Part shown: positions 1 through 11,925 of the stretch, in pieces
How positions within the stretch are numbered: the first letter of the stretch is position 1
Layout of the letters: each line of letters starts with the position of its first letter
Assembly (NCBI GenBank): GCA_013239625.1
Contig: MU053557.1
Location: 255,063 to 319,062, forward strand
From: Lama guanicoe
Lineage: Eukaryota
Length of the DNA: 64,000 nucleotides
Direction of reading: 5' to 3'
Translations under genes and position numbers: made by a program
The notes under the pieces: generated by a model
The model's input: the letters and a program-made list of their open reading frames with translations, nothing else
Databases searched by the model: none
Told to the model about the DNA's origin: nothing

Positions 1-69
1 CCTGGACTCTTTGTCAGCTGGCAAATGAGCACAAATCACCTTTAGGTGTGACTGAGGACATACGGCATT

Positions 70-340
70 AATTCAACCATTCATTTAACAAATATTTATC
101 GAGCAGCGGTCAGGGACAATCCTAGGCTATGCAGATACAGGCTGTCTTGGATAAGACAGTCAAGATGCTGCTCTCAGGGAATTTACATTCTTGGGTGAAG
201 TGGGGTGATGGTGGGGAAGATAATAAACAAATAAATGAACAAGACAATGTCTGCAAGTGTCAAGCACTAGGGAAAAAAAAAACTAGGATGATGAGGTTGA
301 CACTGATTGATGGGGTATGGGGGAGACCTCCCTAGAAGAG
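70..340 (-). mobile_element. L2 LINE 3' fragment
   Basis: CATTCATTTAACAAATATTTATCGAGC is the reverse of the L2 3' end and is followed by degraded L2 body; bounds approximate. Confidence 0.75.
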
Positions 341-534
341 AATAAAGCTTGGAATAGAATCATAACGGGATCTACAATGTCTGTCCCTTCCCTCCATCTT
401 CATCTTCTGTAGCATCTCTGTCTATGCAGAGCCAAATGTCTAGTATGTGCACCTGGATCCAGCAGGACCTGAGTCCCCGCTGCCCACCCATCCCTTTACT
501 TTTTACAGGCTGACATGACTGAAGTAACTCCATA

Positions 535-725
535 ATTGTTACTTAAGCACGCCCTTCGCACCTAGGTACTGTTCTAAGCTCTATTCTCTTTCAATTCTCA
601 CAGCAGTTGAAGACCCTTATTTTTCATTTTACACATGAATCCCAGAGACAGTACATAGCTTTCCCAAGGCTCACAGCTAGTAGTGTCACAGCCACAGGGC
701 ACCTCTGTCTTAAAGCTGTCTCATC
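535..725 (-). mobile_element. MIR SINE
   Basis: CATTTTACACATGAA...CCCAAGGCTCACAGCTAG resembles the reverse MIR core. Confidence 0.7.
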
Positions 726-1624
726 CCCTTGACTTTCCTGACACGACTCTCCCAGATATCCTCTTGTCTGCCTAACACTCTCCCTGGGGATCTGCCTCCT
801 CTGCACTCATCTCCTACCCAGGCATCTAAACTCACCCATGCACAGAGACTCTCAAATCTCTGCCCATAGCCTTGGTCTTCTCTGATACGCTATGGTTTGG
901 TGGGATTTCCAGAGACTGACTATCATAATCAAAAGGATTTGTAAGAATGGTGATCCCCACTCCCCTTAGATGATGCAGTTGGAGTCGCAAGTTCCGGCAG
1001 TACTTCTGGAAGCCCTGGGGTCAATGGGTGAAACATTCTTGGGTCCAGAGGATGCTGGAACAAAGTCAGAACACTCACTTAGCTACAACATAACCAAATG
1101 TATTGAGCGTGTGCTATTCTGTACCCTAGAAGGGTCCCTAAATCAGGGACAGCAGATGGGCGGTAGATATATGTACTGCCACTCCCTCTCCCAGGACAGC
1201 CATGCTTATCAGTCCCATCACTCCTACCCCAATGATGGAAGAGGCTTCCTCAGAAGCATTCTTAACACAGCGTTACTGGTAGTTGCTGTGAATTGATCAG
1301 AATTAATAGAAGAGAAGAAAAACACCTGCAGTGGGATAACACACCAGGGATACGCGAGGCGCTGGGAGCATGGGGATCAGTATGACAGGCACCCCCCCCA
1401 CCCAGGGACCAGCAGGGAGAGACCCAGCACAAATAGACAAGAGCAAAGCAGGCAAGATGCTGGGAAAGCCGCGTGTGCAGGGGCCGGTGGGAGCACGAGG
1501 TGCCCACCTCGCTCGAGTGGGGGGTGTGGGTGGGGGACACGGGTGGACCACATCAGAAGAGACTGAGGAGAGGCCTTATTTTCCACTGTGGGCTAGTTCC
1601 TTAGTCTCTCAGGGCCTTGGATGA

Positions 1625-1800
1625 TTATCCTGTAATCTCGGACAGGCTTACTCAATGTCTCTGAGCCTCAGTTTCCTTATCTGTAAAATGGGGGTAATAA
1701 CAACTCCTACCTCATAGGGCTGTTGTGAGGATTGAATGAATTAATCCATGTGGAGTGTTGAGAAAGTACCTGGTTCACAAAAAGTACTCAGGTGGTAGGT
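1625..1800 (+). mobile_element. MIR SINE
   Basis: CTCTGAGCCTCAGTTTCCTTATCTGTAAAATGGGGGTAATAA...TGTTGTGAGGATTGAATGA, a well preserved MIR core. Confidence 0.9.
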
Positions 1801-3339
1801 GCTGTTGCTTAATTCCTTTTGAGGCTGAAGGTCCAAGGGTCTCTGGTTTCATGGGGCCATCTAACATTTTCATTGAGAGGCAAAGATTAACTTTGGGACA
1901 AGTCACCTTCTCCACCTGGGTGCAGGTGGCATCTCTCTGTGGCTTGCTTGAGCAAGTCTTGCCCTGCACGCCGACAGTCCTGCCCCCTTCCTCTCTGGGG
2001 CAGCGGTCAGGTGGATGCACTGGTTGTTAGTCACCGTGCGGCAGCAGGAGCTGCGTGTCAAAGGGTAGATTCAACTTGTGTGGACTTGGGGGATCTGTGG
2101 CTGTACCTCAGTGCTGGGCAGACTGGAGACAGGAGGCAGCCCCAGGGAGCAAGGGGCAGGAGACAGGGAAGGAGACGAGATGGGAGTATGGACCTACCAG
2201 GTAATTTTAATTCTTCTATGTCTCATATCATAGTACAAGCACCGCTCTATACTCTCTATTTGAAAGCAATAAAAGAAAAGCCAGATCTTTTCATGTTAAA
2301 AAAAATAAAAATCAGTGATGAGAGGTGCAGAGAAAAAAATCCCAAGATTTAAAAAACATTCCAAGACTAAGCAACAATAGAAATGTGTTTCTGATTAGCA
2401 CCCAATGAAAACAGCCAAAGCAGAAAAACAAAATTGTTACCCGATGAAGATCTGGGGGGAGGAGATTGGCTTTCAAGTCGCTTGGATTGATCTGACCCAT
2501 AATCTTTATTTTACTTTGAATCTAGTAGCTGCTTTTTACCGGGAAGGGAGGGGAAGGACGAATCAAAAACCCGTCCGGGGTGTGCTGCCTGTGGGGAAAA
2601 GCCAGGCAGGGAAAGCATATGTAATGGACAAGAAACAGGGGAGACATTGAAGCCAACGACGGTTTGCTTCAGCAAGAGGAGTGGACAAACCCACCTGGCC
2701 TTTAGGTGCCTCCCTTAGGAGACCATCACGGAAACTGAGCGAGGATTTCAAATCACGCTTCAAATCACTCGAAGTGGGCAGATTATAGAAACTGAAGCTT
2801 GATGCTCTGAAGTCAACTCAGCCACCCACATTCAGAGTAAGCGCCACAGTTTCTTTTGAAATCTATATTATTATCTGTCTTTCAGTGAACAAACAGAGGC
2901 GTGTTCGCAAAACACAGCCCCAGTCCTTTGTGCAATGGAAATACAGCCACGTTTTTCATGTTTGGGTACCTGCTTTCCTGATTTTCTTCTTCAGTGTGTC
3001 TGCTTGGAGGGAAAATGAGAAGACATTTCAATAATCGCTTATATGCAACGACTCTCATGTCACCAGCAGATCTTTTATTTTTCTCCTTTGGGGCTGTCCT
3101 TATATCTACCAGTTGAAAATAAAATTGTACCTACGTCAAGTTGAGAACAATTTAATATGTACAAAAAGAAAGAAAAAGGGATTTCTGTATTCGTATAAAA
3201 GAACCCAGACAGGCTGATGCATATGAATTTACATCCACATGCCCTGTGTTTTTTAAAACCTTATTGCTCCTGTGGTCCTGGACACTCATAAATGCTGATG
3301 CACATGGAGTGTACATCATACTGAGTCAGGCAGCCCTCT

Positions 3340-3520
3340 AGGTGCCTTAAAGTATTCACTCCTCCTATCTTTATAGCAACCTTAAGAAATGAGTATTAAT
3401 ACCTTTCCTATTTCACAGATGAGAAAACTGAGACCCAGCAAGATCAACAGATCAAGATTAATTGCACAGCAAGGCTGCAACTCAGGCCAACTGCCTTGAG
3501 ATTTCCCACTCTTTGTGCCA
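3340..3520 (-). mobile_element. MIR SINE
   Basis: TTTCACAGATGAGAAAACTGAGACCCAG, reverse MIR core. Confidence 0.75.
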
Positions 3521-3981
3521 AATGTCTTAAGTCTCTTATTTTGTTTCTCTAACAGATCTATCTAGCTCCAAAATGTCTTTCAAAGTAGCTCTCTTCAGTA
3601 TTCTGTTGGGGACTGGGAACCATAAACCTGGTCACAAACGCCCCTGGGCCTCACTCAAAGGCTGCACGAGGTGTTTCTGAACTCAGCCCCCGGAGGGCAC
3701 TCGACAAGGTCGCTGTACAAGCTTAAGGGGAAAGAGCTTCTTGATTGCTTCGTTAAAGCCATTTCTCAAAGGGACCCCAAGAGTGGTTTAATTTTAGCTA
3801 ATCTTTCACCCTAGTTATAAAGGGGACTGAAACTCACAATAAAAACATTTGAACATGAAAAAAGATTAAAAAAGTAAAATATTTCCCTCCTATTACTTCT
3901 TCTAAGAGGTAAAGGCTATTTCTTACACACATTTCCAGAAATTCTTTTTTTTTTTAAATGCAAGCAGGAACATCTCTTGTT

Positions 3982-4072
3982 TCATTCAAAAATATTTATT
4001 GAGCACCTAATAGGTGCCAGGCGCCTTTGACTGGAATAATACACACAGAGATCCCTGCCATTACAGAACTCA
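3982..4072 (-). mobile_element. L2 LINE 3' end fragment
   Basis: TCATTCAAAAATATTTATTGAGCACCTAATAGGTGCCAGGC. Confidence 0.8.
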
Positions 4073-4678
4073 CGGTTTCACGATTTCAGACTAGAGGATG
4101 ACCCAGAATTCCACACGTTAGTTTCCCATTTTCCGACAGTATTGATACAGAATCCAGAGAAAATCTATTTTAATTAATTTCTCTTGCCCCTAAATCTTTT
4201 TTCAGTGAGAGACAGAAGAAGAGCCAGCAAGGACTTTAACTGACCAGCTAAAGGGCAGTCTTTGATATTTCTTCTGTAGTTGGTTTATTGTCTTTATTTT
4301 CTCAGGAATAAAACGTATTTGGGGCATTGAACAAAGAACAACTTGGACACCTCCCTGCATCTTTATCACCTCAGGGAGGCAGCTCTACCCTGAAGTAGCA
4401 CTTCCTGGGTCTGAACATTTTGGAAGCAACTAGATTTTCATGGTTATTTCTTTTGCTTGAAGTAGATCCTGGAAAAGCTCACTCTTTCAATCAATTTTGC
4501 ATTTAACTCAAAGCAAGGCTCCACTTCACTGTGTCTCTTTTGCCTTTGTTGTTCAGGAGGGGGTGGGGATGCAATTCCACGAATTCTGCACTTAACCAAC
4601 TGTTAACCACAAGCAGACACCCCAGGTGCCACGTACACCCTGACTCCTCCCGCCGGGGAGCACGCCCTCCTGCATGCA

Positions 4679-4710
4679 GCTGATCCAGCCCACGGCTGAT
4701 CCAGCCCACG
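4679..4710. repeat. Perfect 16-bp tandem duplication (GCTGATCCAGCCCACG)x2
   Basis: Read directly: 4679-4694 is identical to 4695-4710. Confidence 0.95.
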
Positions 4711-6318
4711 ACAGGCATCTGCTAAATGTGCCTGAACGTGACCATTGAAAAGTGAGTCTCCCTCTTAAAAAGAGGGGTAAGCATAGCCAGACTCCCAGCG
4801 CTGTGTTTCAAAGGAACTTTAAAGAAATCTATTAACTCAACCAACCGTGGTGACTTCCTGTCAGAGCAGGAGGCAAGAGGCATTTCCCAGCATCGACAAC
4901 AAATTTGGTTTGGTCAAAATGTTTACACAGCGCCCGGATGAAGTGAACGATAAAAAAACGACATGCAAAACTTCTACCCCAACCAGAGCAGGATCCTAGC
5001 TGTCAGGTGTTGGAAAAAAGCTCTGTCAGTGACAACTTAATAAATTTAAGACCGTTCAAAAGGGCTTCTTCAAGAGCTTTCAAGTGCCTTAGAAACAAGT
5101 TGCCACTGACTGAGGGTCAGTCTCTCCTTTTTTTCTGAATCCTTAGCCATTAACAGTTAAAGTCAAGACCTAAACATGCCATTATCTTGTAGATAGTGAT
5201 TTCAGATTTTAGGAGGTTTTAAAATCCCCATTTTTGAGGATCTTTGATGTTAAGCACTTCTTTTCATGCTTCATCTTCTAAGGAAGTGGCCACCAAAGCT
5301 CTCAGAGGCTGTGCCCTCCTGTAGGGTAACGGCCAGCCTGGACCGTGTGCGCCGTGGTCTCCTCCCTCATCCATCTCTTGTGATCCTCACATATTATCAA
5401 AGTCCAACTTCCTGGTCTAGTATTTCCCAGCTGCTCTCTCGTCCTCTATGAAAGGACTGGAACGTGTACTTGTTTCTCATCTCCTGGGTATCTCGGCTCT
5501 TTTAAAAGAGCTGTTGGAATGGATGCCGCCTTGTGGACTTGATGTCGGAAGACCCTAGTGGATGTGCCCTGCCTCTGCGATGATCAGTTCTTCTTCACTC
5601 TATCCTGGGAAGAGGGATGTTTGCTTCAGCATTTTCTGTTCATTGCTTGCTCGATGGGCACTGAAATCAATGCAGTATTCCAATTCAGCTTTGACATTCC
5701 TACCCATTTAGGAGGGAAAATTCTCTGACCGATCCAAAGTTTTAGCACTTAGTAAAAAGCAAATACCAGTTGAGTGGTGTGCCTGCCTTATTTGGGGGGA
5801 TTTTGAGATTAGTGAGGACATACCACTTAAGATTTTCTTAAAAACATCTAAAAAATAGTAACAACAACAATAAGGACACAAATGAACTAATTATTATTTT
5901 GATTTCTTGAATATGTGTAAGCACATCTGACTGCCCTTTATGATTGGATCACCGCATTCTGTTGATTCTTATTTTGTAGTTGGCTTTATTCCTTTGATAA
6001 CTACGTAAGTTTAAAAAGCTGAAGATCTAATCTGTTCTTAGAAACAATAATCAGCACGTATATGTAAACTAAAAAAAGTGCAGTATATTGTATATATGTA
6101 TTTACATGCAATATAAGGTGTATGTGCAGTCGAACTGTAATAATTCTACCTAATAAAACTGAAAAAGGAGAAAAAGCATGCTTTTGTCACATTAAATGTT
6201 TAATCTAATCATGTCTTTTGTTCAGAACCTATTAGTAGCTTCTCATTTTATTTAGAATTTATAAACTTTATGCCAATGACCCCCCCCACCATCCCCTGCA
6301 GCTTTACCTAACCTGGCC

Positions 6319-6855
6319 TTTTTTTTTTTCTAACGGCTTTGAGGAAATGTTGAAATACAATAACTTCCATGTATTTATAATCATCTGCACATATTTAAAA
6401 TATACAACTTCATCAGTTTTGGCATGATCAAAACTGATCAAATTGTATGCCATGACCACAATCAAGATGATGAATAAGGAACACAGTCATCGCTCCTTAA
6501 AGGTTTCTGATAGCCCTTTTAAATCCATGTCTCCTTTCACGCCTGCATCCAAGCAAACACTGCTTTGCTTTCTGTCACTATATATTAATTTGCACTTTCC
6601 AGGAGTTTATACAAATATATGTAATTTTTTTGCCTGCCTTGTCTGGGTAGGCATGATTTGGACATTCATGTTATTGTATCTGTTAAGTTTGTTCCTTTTT
6701 GCTGCTTTTTCTTAAGTTATCATTAATATAATATTCCATTGTATGGCTATACCATAATTTCTTTCTCCATTCACAAGCTGATAGATGTCTGGATGGTTTC
6801 CAGTTTTGGGCTATTACAAAGAAAGCTTCATTTAAAAATATATACATATCTTTTA
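6319..6855 (-). mobile_element. Old L1 (L1M-type) 3' fragment
   Basis: T-run followed by L1 3'UTR-like sequence; ORF 6683..6892 (-) contains WRKKLWYSHTMEYY, the L1 ORF2 C-terminus. Confidence 0.85.
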
Positions 6856-7169
6856 AAGGAAACAGTAAATTACTACTGAAAATGGGAAACAAGTATCATG
6901 TGCCCTGAACAGAAGTTCACCATAGAAATGAGCACAGAGCTAATGAAGTAACTGTACAACTTGAAATCATCACAGGTACCACCACCGGGGTATAAACTCT
7001 GCTGGGAAAGCCTCTCCCTGTAGGAATCAGATGGGCGTCTTCCAGCCCCAGACCCGTGGATCGTGACCAGACAATGAGAAGCTATATTCTGTGATACATA
7101 GTTAAAAACAGCGAATCTGGCAGATGATACGAGAGAATGTGGTGCTGTCATGTTGACGGATGCTACTTA

Positions 7170-7450
7170 GTCATTCACTTACTCAGTGAAAAAAAAATGA
7201 TCACTGACCTTCTCTTGTGTGCTAAGCACTGGGGATACAGAGGTGAACACAGGGATGTGGTCTGTGGCTCATGAGCTTTTTATGGTCATAAGACGAGAGC
7301 CTGACAAAAGATAAGCCTTCAGTTCAAGTAAACCGTGGACAGGCAGCCTTCCGGTGGTCTGAAGGAGGACAGCAGGGTAATTACTGGGCCACCAACATTT
7401 AAATGGTGACCCAAAGGGTAATTAGGAGTCAGTTAGGAAAGTGGAAAGAG
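7170..7450 (-). mobile_element. L2 LINE fragment
   Basis: TCATTCACTTACTCA...GTGTGCTAAGCACTGGGGATACAGAGGTGAACA. Confidence 0.7.
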
Positions 7451-7984
7451 ATGCGGGGAATGAGACAGAGGGGCAGGTTGTAGGGGAAACACTAATAAGA
7501 TAGAGAACAGCCTGGCAGTAGCCCCTGCAATCTCCTCTCCACACAGAGGAGGCATGGCCAGGAGTTCTGGGTCCACACGGTGGAGAATCCATGCCGTTCT
7601 TTTATTCCTAATGCACTTTATTAGATCACTGAGTCACTCCTCCCCCTCCACCAGGTGATACCGAAGGTGATGTAAATGTTGGTAGACTGGTGGTCTATAA
7701 TGATTCTGTGAAGAAACTGCATTTGATTTATGCCTTGTACATATTTAATGGCGTGCTTTAGACAGTTAATATGAAGTTACTCTCCATAAAATGAACGTGG
7801 CCCTTATAAAGCCAACCCACATATCATGACAACCTTTGGACTCAACTGACGCCAGTGGGGGGGTGATGAAATAGATGAAGGAAAAGCTCAGAAGGTCATA
7901 AAAAGTTCAGAAAGCTGGAGGAATCAAAGCAGTGATGGTGAGAAGCAGTTAATGTCAGAAGAGATGCCCGGACTCTCATGTCCT

Positions 7985-8537
7985 CTACCCAACATCCATT
8001 CCTTCCTCCTTCCTTGTTAACAAAGCCCTAATTGTATGCAGGGATCCAACCTCCTCCTGCAGGCCAAGGGCTTTGGAGGACAGTGACCCCAGCCTGAGCC
8101 TGGATATAGGTCTGACTGGCCCCAGGCCACCTGCCAATGACTGGTTCCAGCATGAGCATGTGGCACAACTCTGGCTTCAGAGACATAAGGGGAAGTCGGA
8201 TGGGGGAGCTTCTGGCAAAGACTTCTCTTTCTCTCAAAGAGGATTCCAAGAAGAGTCAGTTCCTTCTTCTTAGGGATGCTGCTGTCATTGGATGTGAATC
8301 TCGAATTGCTACAATCACCTTGTGACCACAGGGAAGGGGAGAAAGCCAAGGAGAACTAGGGGGATGGCGGAACCCAGAGATGAAAGGACCTGGGTTCTCC
8401 ATGACTTCCCTAAGCCTCAGAATCACTCAACTCTGGAGCTGTCCACTTTAGAAGTTCTCAATGTGTGAGATAGAGTCTGATTCTGTCTCAAGCCACTTTG
8501 AGCCAGGGTTTCTCGGGCCAGGGGCATCCTAACTAAG
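7985..8537 (+). mobile_element. MLT1-type (ERVL-MaLR) solo LTR
   Basis: CTTGTGACCACAGGGAA...GATGGCGGAACCCAGAGATGAAAGGACCTGGGT...AAGCCACTTTGAG...GCATCCTAACTAA resembles old MLT1J/K-like LTRs. Confidence 0.75.
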
Positions 8538-8649
8538 AATTCAAGCCATGCATTCATTCAGTCATCCAGCATGTACTTTCTTGGTGGGCTCTCTGGGTCA
8601 GACACTGCACTAAGGGCTAGATAGAAAATTTAAAAAATGAAGTTAGATG

Positions 8650-8963
8650 CAGTCACCTACCTTGTTTTGGTAGATGAAATGTGAGCAAAAAAGGGCATGC
8701 CTTACTTCTGGGAAGGAACTTTAAGAACCAATACGGGAAAAAGACATTGTCACGTTGCCTTTCCTCTGTCATGATGATGAGGAATTGCATCTTGAGAAAG
8801 AACTTCCATTCCCTTGGCACTCCAGTGACGAGGCTGAGAAAAATCCTGCCCCTTCTCTCTCACACCAAATGTGTAGTGAGATTTTTTAAAAAATGCTGCT
8901 TTAAGCCACTGAGATTTTGGGGGTTGCTTGGCATCAGACAAACCCAGCCTATCCCAGCTGACA
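8650..8963 (+). mobile_element. MLT1-type LTR fragment
   Basis: GATGAAATGTGAGCA...TTTAAGCCACTGAGATTTTGGGGGTTGCTTG...CCTATCCCAGCTGACA is the MLT1 LTR 3' signature. Confidence 0.75.
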
Positions 8964-9120
8964 AGGACGGAACGGGTCTAGCACAAAGGCTGGTGCTCAG
9001 GACACAAAAGCCCAGCTGCTGCTATTGTTGTTGACGTTATTATTACTCGTTGGTTCCCACCTAGAGCAGTGAATTATGGACAGCACCTAACTGGAAATGT
9101 ACTCAGAATGTCACTGTTTA

Positions 9121-9626
9121 CAAGTGACTGGATAAAGAAGCTGTGGTATATTTATACAATGGAATACTACTCAGCTGTAAAAAAGAATAAAATAATGCCA
9201 TTTGCAGCAACATGGATGGACCTGGAGATTGTCATACTTAGTGACGTAAGCCAGAAAAAGAAAGAAAAATGTCATATGAGATCACTTGTATGTGGAATCT
9301 AAAAAAAAGACAAACTTATTTACAAAACAGAAATAGACTCACAGGCATGAGAAAACAAACTTATGGTTACTGGGGGGAAGGGGGAGGGAAGGGATAAATT
9401 GGGAGTTTGAGATTTGCAGATACTAATATATATAAAATACAAACACCAAGTTTATACTGTATAGCACAGGAAACTATATTCAATATCTTATAGTAACTTA
9501 GGGTGAAAAAGAATATGAAAATGAATATATATATGTATGCGTATGACGGGGACATTATGCTGTACACCAGAAATTGACACAACATTGTATACTGATTATA
9601 TTTCAGTAAAAAAATATTTAAAAAAA
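9121..9626 (+). mobile_element. Young 5'-truncated L1 (camelid-type 3'UTR) with perfect 16-bp TSD
   Basis: ORF2 C-terminus [34 protein letters not shown]..., G-rich 3'UTR and A-rich tail; TSD AGAATGTCACTGTTTA at 9105-9120 and 9627-9642. Confidence 0.95.
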
Positions 9627-10019
9627 AGAATGTCACTGTTTAAAATCCAATTATTGATGGGCTTATCAAAGTACAGAAGGTATCAGCTCACCACAAAATA
9701 CATGACTGTCCTCAGAGTGCATTCAGTTCTCTAGACCCAAGTACAATAAAATCCTCAATAAATAAGGTACCTTTGAATACCAACAACTCTAAAGTTTTGC
9801 TTTTAAGATTATAAAGTTAGTTGCAGCAGGATGAATTAGAAATCTGGCCCCCCCACAGCTAAACAAACAAAGAGAAAACCCCAAAACAAAACAAGATCTG
9901 AGAGAGAACTCACAGAACACTGGAAAATGTGATGCTTCTAAGGCCACTGGCAAAAATAAAGGGTCCAGCTCAGTAGAATCTCAGAGCACGTGATGCTGTC
10001 CCATGTCTGGGACATGGCC

Positions 10020-10376
10020 TGGCCCCCCAACTTCAGAGGAATATTGGTGATTAGGGATTATCCTGGGAGGAGGAACAAGGCTAGCCAAAGTTTAGAAGCC
10101 ATCCCACAAAAGCCCTCCATAAAGGCAGAAAGGGTGTTCGGCTTGGAAGGAGGCACGTCAGCTGTCTTCAGATGCTTAAGAAGGAGCCCACTTGGTCTGG
10201 GTGGGTCACAAGGGCAAAGGACCAAAGGCGGAAATGATAGGGACACCGAGCTTAGCTCAATACAGGAAAGGTGTTTGACCTTAGAATAATTCATCTACAC
10301 ACCAGTAGAAGGTGCTGGATCTTAAAACAGTGAGCTCTCATTCGAAGTGTTCCAAAAGAGGATGGTAACTGCTTGT
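10020..10376 (+). mobile_element. L3/CR1 LINE 3' fragment
   Basis: Ordered CR1-like blocks GGGTGTTCGGCTTGGAAG, AGCTGTCTTCAGATGCTTAAG, AGCTCAATACAGGAA and AGTGAGCTCTCATTCGAAGTGTTC. Confidence 0.7.
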
Positions 10377-10387
10377 ATGCAGAACAC

Positions 10388-10630
10388 ATTCAACACTTCT
10401 TGAGGATGTTCTAAATGCCAGGAGATAGGAAAGGAGTAGAATGAGTGATGTCATACGATCCCTGACCACAGGGCATTTACAGTCTACGAGGCTAAGTAAC
10501 GGGTGACAGAGGTCATTATTTGGTGTGGTAAGTGATACCGCAGAGTATGGGCAAACCTTTATGGAGACATTAATCTGCTTTGGACAATCAGAAAAAACTG
10601 CACGAAGTGACATTTACTGAGTTTTGAATA
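10388..10630 (-). mobile_element. L2 LINE fragment
   Basis: CATTCAACACTTCTTGAGGATGTTCTAAATGCCAGG...GGCATTTACAGTCTA...GAAGTGACATTTACTGAGTTTTGAA. Confidence 0.6.
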
Positions 10631-11414
10631 ACGGTTCAGAGTTTGTATTGCAGGGAAGTAAAATATCAATGTAGAAGAAACTCCGTGAATTTTAAAGTCC
10701 CCTGAATTCTCCAGAATTTACTCCTTCCTATAAAGGCAAGACAAACATAACAGCAACCCACAGGGGAAAGACACATTTAAGATAGGGACAAAAATTCAAA
10801 GGACCTTTTTTTTTTTTTTTAAAGCAACTAAATAAATAAACGGAGCAGTCTACCTAATTTGGATGGATGGTGGCTGTGACTCAAGGCTCATTGGAGAGAG
10901 TAAATAGATCCAGCGTGCTCGAAAAGTCTCAGGCAAGAGCTTGGAATGGGGTCCAGAAGAAAAAAATGCTAGTCGGTAGGCAAAGGGCACACCTCCCTTC
11001 CTGCTTTGCTCTTGTACGGAGAGCTTGCCACTCTGATGCAGCTGGTCAGACGCTTCCAGTGAAGCATAAAATCCTGCAGAATCAGGGAGGACTTCTGGAC
11101 ACATTTGGTGGTGGGACTTTACTGTGAGGCTTGGGTCCCTTCAGATTTGCTGAGAAATGTAACGGGGATAGATTGATGAGTTTTGGAAAAGGGATTGGTT
11201 TTATTTTGTTCTTCCCGAAGGACGTGGGAGACTGGAGTAGTCAAAAGGGATGAGAAGCAGGAGAATGAGTAATTACCCCTGTAGCCACAGCATCTGAGTC
11301 AAGGAGCAGCGAGCCATTGAAGTTGACAAGTCCTTTCTTTAGCCTCAGTCCAGAATCAATACAAAAGGGGTTCAACTGAAAATTTCAAGAAGATAGATTG
11401 TACTTGATGGCAAG

Positions 11415-11660
11415 GAGTAGCAGTGTGAACTGAGAAAGTGTGGCAAAGCAGTTGTAGGTTCAAGCCCTAAAACCTCTGCCTCCCTGCTACAGGACCTTGG
11501 GGGAGTTAGTCAACCTCTCTGAGCTTCGACAGTCTCACGTGTGAAGGCGATATGAGTACAGATTGTGCACGATGGCTCTGGAGATTACATAGGTATATAC
11601 TAGGATGCTAGCACAGCACAAGCCACGTAGCGGGCACTTATAAATTATAGCCATCATTAT
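11415..11660 (+). mobile_element. MIR SINE
   Basis: GACCTTGGGGGAGTTAGTCAACCTCTCTGAGCTTC...GCACTTATAAATTATAGCCATCATTATT. Confidence 0.7.
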
Positions 11661-11737
11661 TATTTTAATCTTAGGAGAAATACAAGCCAAAAAGAGTTAT
11701 TAGTTGGCCATATTGGACTTTGGGTTTGAAAAAATCG

Positions 11738-11925
11738 ATTCAACAAATTTGAACACTTATCATGATTTAGTGCTGGGGACATGGTGGGAAACAGCACAGA
11801 AAAGTCTCTTTTTCCTTCATGGAGTGACAATCCAAAAAGAAGGTTTAGACAATGATAAGTAAACCAATAAACAGGACCCTTTTAGATAAAGGTTAGAGCC
11901 ATGAAGAAATTACAAAGAGAAAACA
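11738..11925 (-). mobile_element. L2 LINE fragment
   Basis: ATTCAACAAATTTGAACACTTA...GTGCTGGGGACATGGTGGGAAACA...CCTTCATGGAG. Confidence 0.65.

Noticed and set aside
2719..2843. Plus-strand exon-like segment ending AGA|GTAAGC
   Set aside because: Stops in all three frames and only modest splice signals
9367..9636. Recurring similar ORFs (also 56384..56650, 61142..61405, 61246..61467) that look like a small gene family
   Set aside because: All are antisense readings of the same L1 3'UTR
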